Shown piece after piece: positions 11,085 to 21,469 of a stretch of 64,000 bases of DNA. How positions within the stretch are numbered: position 1 is the first letter of the stretch; each line of letters begins with the position of its first letter. Made by a program: the position numbers and the translations under genes. The DNA is from Setoptus koraiensis (taxonomy: Eukaryota; Animalia; Arthropoda). The notes beneath the pieces are model-generated. The model was not told the DNA's origin and did no database searches. It saw only the letters and a list, made by a program, of their open reading frames with translations. The DNA lies in NCBI GenBank assembly GCA_048013815.1, contig CM106585.1, positions 21,452,001-21,516,000 on the forward strand. The letters are read 5' to 3'.

Positions 11085-12386
11085 ATGTGGTTCATTGTGG
11101 AAAAAGTCATTGGTCTTTTAAATGGATACCTAGGTAACGGTGACGGCTCCACTGCTAGCCAAGAGGTTGGCACGCACAAGTTTGCCTTTGTCAACAAGAA
11201 AACTATAGCTAAAACATGGAAATTAATGGAGAAAGTCGTAAAATCCTGCCAGGACCCAAATTTAGATCTCAACAACTCGGCGCCCTTCATCTTGGATATA
11301 CTGCCAGAATGTTATAAGCATTTGCGTCTCATAATAGCAAAGTATAACACTTGTGATAATTTGGAACATGTTATTAAAGACAATGATTATTCCAGGATCT
11401 TCATTGAGAATCTACAAAACAGATGTAAGCTAACGCTTAATTTATTCAAGGACGCCAAAGAGAAAATGTTTGACGAAAGATCAAAACCGCGCCACGATCT
11501 TACAACAAACACTCTAGTCTTCAGTCACATGCTCACCGAACTCAAGGCCATCTTTCCCGAAGGCCAGTATGCTGGTGACAAATACATGATCACAAAATCC
11601 GACGCATCAGAATTCTGGAGATCAAATTTTGGCACGAGTGTAATTGTTACCTGGACAAGCTTCTGTGAGCGCCTATACGAGGCCCATGCCATTGTGCCCG
11701 AACCAATGTTTGAGGTCGCCCTCAAGAGGACCATTGATTTGACTAGAGACGATCACATATCTGTGTTTGAATTTGACGTTTTCACGCGCTTGTTTCAACC
11801 ATGGTCGTCGCTGCTAGAAAACTGGAAAATATTGGCAGTCCTCCATCCAGGTTATAAGGCCTTCCTTACTTATGATGAATTGCGCGCTAGACTACAAGAA
11901 CACATAGACAAACCTGGTAGTTATATATACAGGCTAAGTTGTACTCGTTTGGGTCAATGGGCCATTGGTTATGTCACCCCCGAGGGACAAATACTACAAA
12001 CCATCATACAAAATATTTCTTTGAGCCAAGCCTTAATTGATGGATCATTGAAAGGTTTTTATCTCTACCCAAACGGACAAGATGACAATCCTGATTTGTC
12101 ATCTCTAACAAATATCTCTACTAGTGAGGATCACGTTAAAGTGACAGAGGAGCAATATGAGCTGTATTGTGAGATGGGCTCCACATTTCAACAATGTAAA
12201 ATTTGTGCAGAGAACGACAAGGATATCCGTATTGAACCATGTGGTCACTTACTTTGTTCTCCTTGTCTGATCTCATGGCAAGAGTCCGATGGACAGGGTT
12301 GTCCATTCTGTAGAACAGAAATAAGAGACACCAAACAGATAGTGGTGGATCCTTACGCAAACAAAAAGGAGGATACTCCAACGTGA
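11085..12386 (+). CDS. Cbl: E3 ubiquitin ligase CBL, short form (TKB + linker + RING), intronless, 433 aa
   Basis: [73 protein letters not shown]...CPFCR; ends shortly after IVVDPY. Confidence 0.96.
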   Translation: MWFIVEKVIGLLNGYLGNGDGSTASQEVGTHKFAFVNKKTIAKTWKLMEKVVKSCQDPNLDLNNSAPFILDILPECYKHLRLIIAKYNTCDNLEHVIKDNDYSRIFIENLQNRCKLTLNLFKDAKEKMFDERSKPRHDLTTNTLVFSHMLTELKAIFPEGQYAGDKYMITKSDASEFWRSNFGTSVIVTWTSFCERLYEAHAIVPEPMFEVALKRTIDLTRDDHISVFEFDVFTRLFQPWSSLLENWKILAVLHPGYKAFLTYDELRARLQEHIDKPGSYIYRLSCTRLGQWAIGYVTPEGQILQTIIQNISLSQALIDGSLKGFYLYPNGQDDNPDLSSLTNISTSEDHVKVTEEQYELYCEMGSTFQQCKICAENDKDIRIEPCGHLLCSPCLISWQESDGQGCPFCRTEIRDTKQIVVDPYANKKEDTPT

Positions 12387-13878
12387 TAGCGAAATTTGGC
12401 CGAAATCGTAACAAAAAAAAATATTTTCAAAAAATAGCCTGTAGATAAACTATTATATCGCACTTGGATTATTCTATGCCTCTGTGATTGAATGTATATT
12501 TCTCGCTCAACATTCGGATTACGCACGAACACTATTTTAAGCTTTGTATGTAACAAAAATCGCACAAAAAAGCGTTATCTACAATCGATTACACACTCGA
12601 TCGTGGTTTATTATACGAAGAATATACGAAAAATATACAACTCACAACATTGTCAACATGATCACTTGCAACTAAGTTCCTATCTGTATGTGTCTACTAG
12701 CTTTGGCAAATCAAATCACAGCAAGGTTCCCAGATTAACACAATTCATTTTATCCTTGTTTGTCTGGATTATATCCCTTTTCTCTTGCGATATGCATATT
12801 GTATCGGGAAGATGCATCAGGATCAATATCCTCTAGTATATGGTTTCGCCGATCATATGGTATTCTTATGACGGTCTTCAGTTTTGAGCCATTCTCCTAA
12901 CCTCTAACACTATTGTAAATTTACTGTTGGTATAGACAGAGCCCAGTGTACTTCGACTTCTCTGAGTCTTGTTGTTGTTGTTGTTGTTGGCGAGAGGTCC
13001 GAGCTTATAGGAGTTGGTGGTTCCCTTATGGCCTCAGTAAATTCATCATGAGCGGTATGGTTCATCATGGTTCACATTGAATCCATAATTGATGACGGTT
13101 AATTATGAGAATCTGATCATACATCATTGTCATTAGTTTTATATATAAAATCGGTGTTTTATCTATCTCTCTACGGATATGGCAAATATGAAATATCTTA
13201 CTGATGGAAACGTAATGCCCAACAGAGCGATTGAGCCGGAGAGCATATGGTTCTGTGTAAATGCGACTCCTGGGTCTTTCGATGCACCTAGCCTGGCAAG
13301 CTCCGCGAAGAGACCGATGCACGCTGGTTTGTGGCGTTATATCAATTGTTTTTCGCATTGTGGCATGTCGATGATTTATTTATCATTTCTTGCAAAATTA
13401 TTATATAGCCTAAGGATGGATTAATTTAGTTTAGCTATAAAATCGTTTCTTCTAGACATATATATTAGGGTCGTATACATCACAGACAGTAGATACATAT
13501 CAGGGTACAGTAGTATATCATGTAGTTCTAGCTTCTACCCTGGTATAGTGAAGTATAAATGACCCAAAATAAGATGTTGGTTCGTGACGATCTTCAAGAC
13601 TATTGGAACCGGATTTGAGATGGATTTTATAATCATTCAGATCGATGATTAATGATGATTATTACACTCAGTTACATTAAACGCTGATTCCCCAAGAGGG
13701 AATTTACGAAGGTTGTGAATTTGCACTCATTAAATTGAATTGCAACATGGTTGTGACAGAAATAAACAAAAACTACAAGTATTAATGGATGAAACAATAG
13801 ATATTTTGTCGACGTTCATTTAATCATCATCTTCTATGTGCTATAGGTCCTTAGTAGTGGCACAATTGTATATTGAAG

Positions 13879-15279
13879 ATGTTGGGAAACAGGTAAGTCC
13901 GCAAATATATTGTTAAGAGTTAGAGATACATGTGATGTATTGAGATTGATATGTATTTCCGTTTCTTTGGGTTATAAACACTCTACCCTGGGCTGTTTAT
14001 AATCCTGCGGTTGGAAAGTTAATCGATTGGGCAATAATGTTAATTGAAAGACTAATTGATAAACTAAAACTCTCGATTCCTTTTTTGTTTCTCATATTAT
14101 GACAGGCCGATCTATTGGATCGCCGACTGGTTGTGCAAATGGAAAGTTATTTTGAATATAATTATAGTTATGTTGACCATTATTATTACGCTGGAGAGTT
14201 ATTACAGAGTGAAGCATTTGTGTGAGAGGCCAAAAGCTTTCAAAAACGACAACATCAACAATAAAGGAGTATTTGATTATGGAATATTGAGAGCACATGA
14301 TTTTGATTTTGGCTCACTTAATCGAGATAATTCGACTATATCGAATGATAAAGTTCGTGATTGGGATCATCATCTTATTGATCAAAATAAGACTATGTTT
14401 CCTCGTTTGCCGGGAGCCATAATAATCGGAGCGAGAAAATGCGGTACAAGGGCATTGCTAAAATTTCTCGAGCTCAATACCAAAGTTAAGGTTGCTCAAA
14501 ATGAGATACATTTCTTTGACAAGACTTCTCAATACTCAAAAGGTTTGGATTGGTACAGAAGACAGATGCCTTACAGCAATATCGACGATGTTACAATAGA
14601 GAAAAGTCCGGCCTATTTTATAACATCACTGGCACCTCAGCGTATAAAAGAGATGAATTCCACGATAAGATTAATACTGATTGTTAGAGATCCAGTAGTT
14701 AGGCTTATCAGTGACTACACTCAAGTTTTGGCCAATAGGATGCTGACAAATAGATCAAGTGAATCGGATTCTCAATCTTTTCAGCGTTACCTCACAAGAC
14801 CAGATGGGGGCATAAATGCAAATTTGAGACCAGTTAAAACCGGCATGTACGCTATATATCTTGAACACTGGAGAAAATTCTTCAATTCAACTCAGATGCT
14901 CATCATAGAAGGAGAAAGATTGATAAAATCGCCTTATGATGAATTGAAGAAAGTTGAGAGATTCCTGGGTGTGCCACCTATGATTAAGCGAGATCAATTC
15001 GTTTACAATGCAACCAAAGGGTTTTATTGTATTCGCCATCATTTGGAATCATCAGACTCAAAGAACCTTACTCGATATGTCGGAAAAAATTCAGCAACAG
15101 CAGAACAGGCAGACAACTTTCATCCTCGAACATTCACTACTAAATGCTTAAGTCCGAGTAAGGGTAGGAAACATATTAAAGTTGAAGAAAGTCTAATGAA
15201 AAAATTGCGACAGTTGTATTATCCATCTAATCAGTATTTTTATTCAATGATTGGACAAAGATTTGATTGGCCGGAGTGA
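13879..15279 (+). CDS. Hs3st-A: Heparan sulfate 3-O-sulfotransferase (HS3ST5/Hs3st-A-like), join(13879..13892,14106..15279), 395 aa
   Basis: IIIGARKCGTRALL (5'-PSB), EKSPAYF, RDPVVRLISDYTQV (3'-PB), KGFYC...CL..SKGRKH. The 14-nt exon ATGTTGGGAAACAG|GTAAGT splices in frame to GACAG|G at 14105/14106, giving MLGNRPIYWIADWLCKWK followed by a signal anchor. Confidence 0.92.
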
Positions 15280-16068
15280 TTGGAACTGGTAGAAGAGATC
15301 CAAATTGAGATTGTCCAAACAAAGACAAAAACATATCATTCTAACTCCCAATTATCTTATTAACTAAGGTTGTGAACTATTATTTTACCAATGAGCTACA
15401 CGTCTTGCTTTAAATAAATAAAAAAAAACTATTGAACAATTTTACTAAGCATGCTCACCTCTTGATGTATACATCAATGCAAATCAAAGCAGGATTTACT
15501 TGGACGGAAAATGCTTGTTTTAACGATATCATTTGCAGATTTAATGGTAGCTGCGGGTGGATGTGGTTGGATTTGTGAAACCATACATGAGTCATCTTCG
15601 ATAGACCGCGCTGCGATAGATCGGGATCTTTTTCTGAGTTATTAGTTATTCATTCTTCGAAGAAGAAACAGTCATATCTCGAAATGAAAATTGAGTTCTA
15701 GTTAGTTGTCTCATTTACTCTCTACTTTCAACAGACTCGTAGGCGAGATCGTGGGAACTTTGTCGAGAATGTTTGCTTTAGGCGCTTCAATAGGCCATTT
15801 CATGAATAGGTTCCTTCGGCGACTTGCTGGGGCTTACATGAACATCGGTACCGACGTTTCAATTGATAGACTAAAGAGAGCGGGTTGCAAGAGTTATTTG
15901 TTGGCACAAGTCGCATTGATTCTGCTGAGACACTGGCGAGTATTTTAAATTTTAGAAAAGCACGTTTCCATTAAAAAGCATTGTATGTTTTATTAGTAAA
16001 TACTCGATATTTTCCTTATCCACTCAACGACATATAAACTATTACTGCATCAATACAATATCAACATG

Positions 16069-16682
16069 TTACTTCTTTCCGTTAGATTTGGCGTCCTCTT
16101 TTTTATCTGACGGTTCTGCTTCTTTGTAAATTTTAGCCAACTCGCCAGTTAAATCAATGTATTTGTACATGGCATCTACAAAATCCATTCCTTTGTGTTT
16201 GAGCCATTCGTTACGGTATTTGTTTTCAATTTCGCCGAAGTGGTTCTGTTCGGCCTCTGATAACGATAGATTGTCGATTGGATTGTGCGCATAATTTTAG
16301 TTTAAATAATTTGATTTTGCGCAACAACTTTAATTTTGTATAGTGATCTAAATCGATTTGTTTTGCAACTTACCTCCAACCTCACAATCGCCCATAGTGG
16401 CTTGCTTGAATAAGCCGAGTACGGTGAGGTGGTGCTCCTCTGAGACGTTTTGCAGGCGCCGATATCTCTCACCTTTTTATGTTGTCGCAATTGCGATAAA
16501 ATTGAATAAATGATCATGTTAATTGCGTTTAAAATACTATGTCGCTGTACGAAATATTCACTGTTTCGATGGTCGGATCATGTGAATATTTTTCGGTGAA
16601 TATTTTCCGGCGACAACCACTCACCTGCGTTCACAAACCTCCAGCCCATTTCACCTGAGGCTCTTTCGTCGTAGATGACCAT
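16069..16682 (-). CDS. Acyl-CoA-binding protein (ACBP/DBI family), complement(join(16069..16256,16374..16472,16625..16682)), 114 aa; not in ORF track
   Basis: Spliced product MVIYDERASGEMGWRFVNAGERYRRLQNVSEEHHLTVLGLFKQATMGDCEVGEAEQNHFGEIENKYRNEWLKHKGMDFVDAMYKYIDLTGELAKIYKEAEPSDKKEDAKSNGKK carries the FxxA, FKQATxGD, WxxxKG and AMxxY ACBP pattern. Donors are GTGAGT and GTAAGT; acceptors are AAG (atypical) and TTATCAG; phases are consistent. Confidence 0.8.
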
Positions 16683-18762
16683 CTTGAGAGATTTTTTGTG
16701 TTTCTCTTGTGGGAGCGATTACTTTTCGAAAAGTATACTGTTTCGAGAGATGTGTGATCTCTGTTTATTTTATGAAGAATGACTGCTATATATAGAGAGT
16801 TGAATCATGTAATTGTCGACCAGTTGTATTCTTATTAAATCTCGAGCAATTTTGTGTAAGCAACACACAAAATAACTACACAAACACGGCAGGGGAAAAT
16901 GGTCTAGTGTGACTCGTCAAAGGCTCGTTGGAGCAAAAGTTTTTCTATTGTAAATACGACGAGCGAAAAGATAAGACCTCCTATATTTGGTTCACGCTCA
17001 TTGAGCCTGCCGATCGACTTGGCGCTGGCTGGCAGGTTGGCAAGCTAGCTGCCAGAGTTGATTAGTTGGCTTTAGTGTAGTAGCTAATGGCAAATGCCGG
17101 GTTGTTAGCTATCCAGACGAGCTTGTTACGGCCTTAGAAATAGTTTAGAGAGATTCCAAGCTGGAAGATCTCGACTGGCTGTTGAGAATTGAGCAATTGT
17201 AATTTGATCAGCGCCGCCGAGTTTTATACCGACAACTCATGGCTCACAAGTCACAGAAATGGTGGTAGCTGGTCGCTGCAAGCATTAACTGGCACACAAT
17301 GTATTTCGGTGAAGGATTTTCAGCAAGCCACTGTCTGCCAACAACAAACAAGATCCAGATTCACAACAATCGCAGTGGCTTGCCGAAAATGGCTGCCGCT
17401 CACTCCGCTCAAGTCGGCTCATGGGCTTCCAAACGGCTCGATATTTATTTTTCAATTGTGTGTGCCATTATTCGGCCCGTTCTTTTCACTGTGACTCGGA
17501 ATTGTTGTCGCCGTTGTTGCGCTACTTGCCGACAACTGGCAACAACCGACGACAGCAACAGCAACAGCGACAGCGAAGAGCGCCAAGGCACACAATCATG
17601 CAATTGACATCTTCGAATCGAGTCAATCGAGCGTTCAGGTATTGTTGTTGTTCGCATGCAAACCACACCGTCACCATGATCATTATAATTCCAAAATAAC
17701 TTCTCCGGCTGGAAGGCTAGAGAGAAAAGAGAAAAAGTAAGCGAGTCGAGAGCGGTTCTCGTCTCGCCAGAGAAGCGTCTGCTTCTCTGGACAGATTCTT
17801 TTTCGGTTTTAGTTTCGGTTTCTGGCACAACATTACCGTCGCGACATGCTTGTTGCACAACTCAACCGCTCTACCTGTGCGCTGCCGTGCATACCTTGCC
17901 AGCCAGACAATACCAGTTTCAGAGATGAGTCGCATGCTGATCGGTGAGATCGACGAGATGGCCAATGGTGAATGCCTGTGATAATGAAATTATAGTTGTC
18001 ACTATCTGAATGCCAGTGGATCGTCGAGGGTTGATCATTAGTAGAGACGGCGGCGAATCGGTGGCATTCGGGGCGAAACCGCGCCGCATTTCGGTCTTTT
18101 CGGCGTCTCTCGCTGAAAATTTGATTTTCGCCCAGAATTTTGAAAAAAATCACAAAAAATCGTCAGCTAGGATCATTGGAAAAATACACACTCCAAGTCA
18201 GCAGCGTCCACCATTTTTCCGGCGAAAACCCTCGAAATTGGCCTTTTCGCTGGATTGTAGATCTCGCGAACATTCTGAGAATCACTGTGAAAATCAACTA
18301 AATTGCTCCATTCTACAATGTAATAATTAGCGATTCTTTCAATTTTCGAACACGAGATATTGCGTCTGCGACGACATGCACGACGGTATGCACGACGGCG
18401 ACAATTCATCGAGATGAAACGTACATCTCGATTGCTGTCAATTGCTGGAGCTCGCAAATCACGCTCGCGATCGTCGGTGGATGTATGATAAACGCAAACG
18501 ATGCAATCAGTATTGCAACAATTGCCCCGAAGTAGAGTCTATTTTAAGTTTTCCAATGTTTTCCATGACTGTCAAAAACGACAAATTGTCTATTATTAGT
18601 CTCGATGCTTTGAAATCTCTACCGTGGCCAGCAAGCGAGAGGCTTGCCATGGATTCACATGATTGGCATTCGAAACTCTCATGAGGAGCTTTGTTGTGGA
18701 GCAAAAAATCATTGGAAAACAATCAATTCTAACAGGAGCCATTCATTTCGCCCAAAACAAAC

Positions 18763-20067
18763 ATGACGTTGCCGGTACCTAAACGAATGCCCACAGTGGT
18801 CTTGATAGTGATACTTTCGGTTGTGGTTGTTGGGGCGATATTTGATGGCGAATATGGTTATGACATGTTCACTTCGTTGCAGCATTCAGATCACAGAAAC
18901 AAAATTCCAACGCCAACATGGGGCGAGTGCCTGACGGCAATGGAGATTTTCGCAAAGCGAAATTACACCATTCTAACCACTGTTGAATTAGTTGTCTTGG
19001 ATTATTGTCTTGAAAACGAGCAAGTTATAAAGGCTCCGTTTAAGATATTGTCAATTTTCGAGAATACTAAAAAATTGAATGCAGACAAAAGGAACAAAGA
19101 CGTCCAGAGATGCATGAACCAGCTGAAGGAATTTGTGCACGAGGAGCACGTCAACATGGCTCTGCGTCATTTGGAGCCTTGTCAAACGGATCTGTTGGGC
19201 GAATACTCGGCCCTCATCAAGTGCACCAGACAAATCCGAGAGAGGGCGGCCAAACTGGAAGCGGAGAGACAATCCTCTAGAGCGTACCAAGTCCGCAAAA
19301 GGTACGGTACGCTCTATGAGACTATCCCCGAAACGGAGGGCAATTATTTCGAGGTAGTTATGTCGTATGTTTCCAAGACCATGTCCATGTGTTTTGTGCA
19401 ATTTGACAGAATTCTCGAGAGAGATTTCCGACAGGTGGAAGATGTGCACGGCGACATGCTGGACAAGCTGACAAACAAATTCATAACTAAGGTGCATCTG
19501 TTGGCCCCAATGAAATTTCTGGTGAGCGTACTAACTGGCGAAGAGAACAACGCAAGAGCGTTGCAATCGATAGATAAGGTTAATTTTAGAACACAACAGG
19601 ACCAAGATAAACTGTTGGCCAGAATAAAAAAAGTCACCGAACAAATGTATTACCATAATCTGGCCAAAAAATATCCCCACAGACCATCGTTGATGCAAGA
19701 CGAGCTACCTGTCGAAGATAATGAAGCGCATCTGCAAAAAGCCTACCAATACACGGTGACAAATATTTGTTCGCCGTTAGGTGTGTTCGAATACGACACA
19801 ATATTTGATACGTATATATCGTTCTTGAGCACAAACAGGGACGTCATGGAAGAATTGCGTCTCGATATCAACGAATTCATCAAAACTGTCAACGCTGGAC
19901 CCTACCTAAAACCGATCTACTATTCGACTAGGGCCTGCATCTTCCTAGGCCAGAATACGATAGCCCTAAGAAAAGTGGGCACACAGCATGAATATTATTT
20001 CAAGAGTATCATAGACGACAAAGAACAAGAGGGACTAGAGCCAATCGATTTGGCCGCTTGGCCCTAA
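18763..20067 (+). CDS. Secreted protein of unknown function, intronless, 434 aa
   Basis: Long ORF of ordinary protein composition; N-terminal hydrophobic stretch VVLIVILSVVVVGA; scattered Cys; N-glycosylation sequon NYT; no family recognised. Confidence 0.8.
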   Translation: MTLPVPKRMPTVVLIVILSVVVVGAIFDGEYGYDMFTSLQHSDHRNKIPTPTWGECLTAMEIFAKRNYTILTTVELVVLDYCLENEQVIKAPFKILSIFENTKKLNADKRNKDVQRCMNQLKEFVHEEHVNMALRHLEPCQTDLLGEYSALIKCTRQIRERAAKLEAERQSSRAYQVRKRYGTLYETIPETEGNYFEVVMSYVSKTMSMCFVQFDRILERDFRQVEDVHGDMLDKLTNKFITKVHLLAPMKFLVSVLTGEENNARALQSIDKVNFRTQQDQDKLLARIKKVTEQMYYHNLAKKYPHRPSLMQDELPVEDNEAHLQKAYQYTVTNICSPLGVFEYDTIFDTYISFLSTNRDVMEELRLDINEFIKTVNAGPYLKPIYYSTRACIFLGQNTIALRKVGTQHEYYFKSIIDDKEQEGLEPIDLAAWP

Positions 20068-20179
20068 ACCAATCCAAATACATGTAATGATCAATCACAC
20101 TATTGCAAAGTCGAGATACGGTGACGGTTAATTTATTTTCGAGCGATTGCTGCCTTCAAAGGAAAGGATTTTGTAGCGC

Positions 20180-20360
20180 AGATCGGACAGATGATACGCT
20201 TGTCGCAATTTTTTCATTAGTCGCAGTTTTTTCATTGGACTTTCTTCAACTTTGATGTTTCCTGTCCCTACTCGGACTTGAGCATTTCGTAGTGAAAGTT
20301 CTGTTGTTGCTGAATTTTTTCCGACATATCGAGTGAGGTTCGCTGACTCTGATGATTCCA
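20180..20360 (-). pseudogene. Inverted degenerate copy of the 3' coding end of the HS3ST gene (about 15044-15234)
   Basis: Reverse complement reads TGGAATCATCAGAGTCAGCGAACCTCACTCGATATGTCGGAAAAAATTCAGCAACAACAGAAC..., matching 15044 onward, with an internal deletion and a duplicated CTAATGAAAAAATTGCGA; peptide ESSESANLTRYVGKNSAT...IKVEESPMKKLR. Confidence 0.88.
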
Positions 20361-21469
20361 TCGGACTCATGACTGATCGGACTCAAATTATTGGAGGGAC
20401 CGATAATTTTCAACGGTCAAACATGTTGCACACCAACAAAAGCCTGCGAAATTTATCCGCACAGATAAGAATCAGATAGGAATTAGCTCCGAAAGTGTTG
20501 AAAGGGGTGAGACGATACCATCGTGACGACAGTGCCAGCAGCAGCCTATCGAAGATCCGTCAATGCAGGCATCCGTCAGCCTGGCGCGCGATTTTCATTT
20601 GTCAATTGTAAGCCCGACAGCGCCGCCGGATCTTTCGTTTTGTGAGCGCGCGCCAGGTATCGCGTCTGACGCAACTGATTAATGATCGCAATGAGCAGCA
20701 CGCGACCTTATTCTCAAGCTTGTCAGGCCGCTTCCATGCGGCTGCTCATTTGGGTGTTGCATCATTTATTTGTTGCATCATTTATTTGGGCTTGCGTCCT
20801 CTGTTTGGGCTTGCGTTGGGGCCATTTATCTGGGGGGCCAATCAGCTCGGTTGGCAAACAAGAGGCACGCGCACGCGGGCGCCGTCTAGCAACAGGAAAT
20901 GAGTAACAAATAGAGGGCATTTGAGAGGGGCCAAATTTTGTTGCATAATCTGTGCACATCGAGCACAGTGCTGGCGTGCGACAAAAATGCGTCGTTGTGC
21001 CCCCGACGATGCAAATGATTCAAGTTGGGCCCCCGTTCAAGAGTTGTTTACACACACACACAATGGGGCCGGCGCGAAACGATAGTTGGAGTGTGTTTTG
21101 TTTCTCACACGCTGCTGCTCGGTCGGTGTGCCCGTCTCAACGTGCCCAAAAGACGGTAAACAAAACCAACAAATTTTCGCCACACGATGTTGATTTTTTC
21201 CCCGTGCCCCCACCCCCAACCAGCAACCAGCAACCGGCGACGGGCGACGGGCGACCCGCGACCGGCAACCAGCGACCCGCGATTGGCGACCGGCCACCCG
21301 CCAGACTGGCCAGCTCAGCAGTGCATTATCGGAGGTAAATAGTTTTATTATTGGAGCGGCGCCAGTGGCTGTCATTGTCGCGTCGCTCGTGGCTGACTCT
21401 TTTCAACTGTCAATATATCACGTGATTCAACTTTCAGCTGACAGTGCATTCAATCACCACTTATGGCCG

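Noticed and set aside
12700-13860. Short open frames between CBL and HS3ST
   Set aside because: I could not assemble a spliced model with consistent phases or homology.
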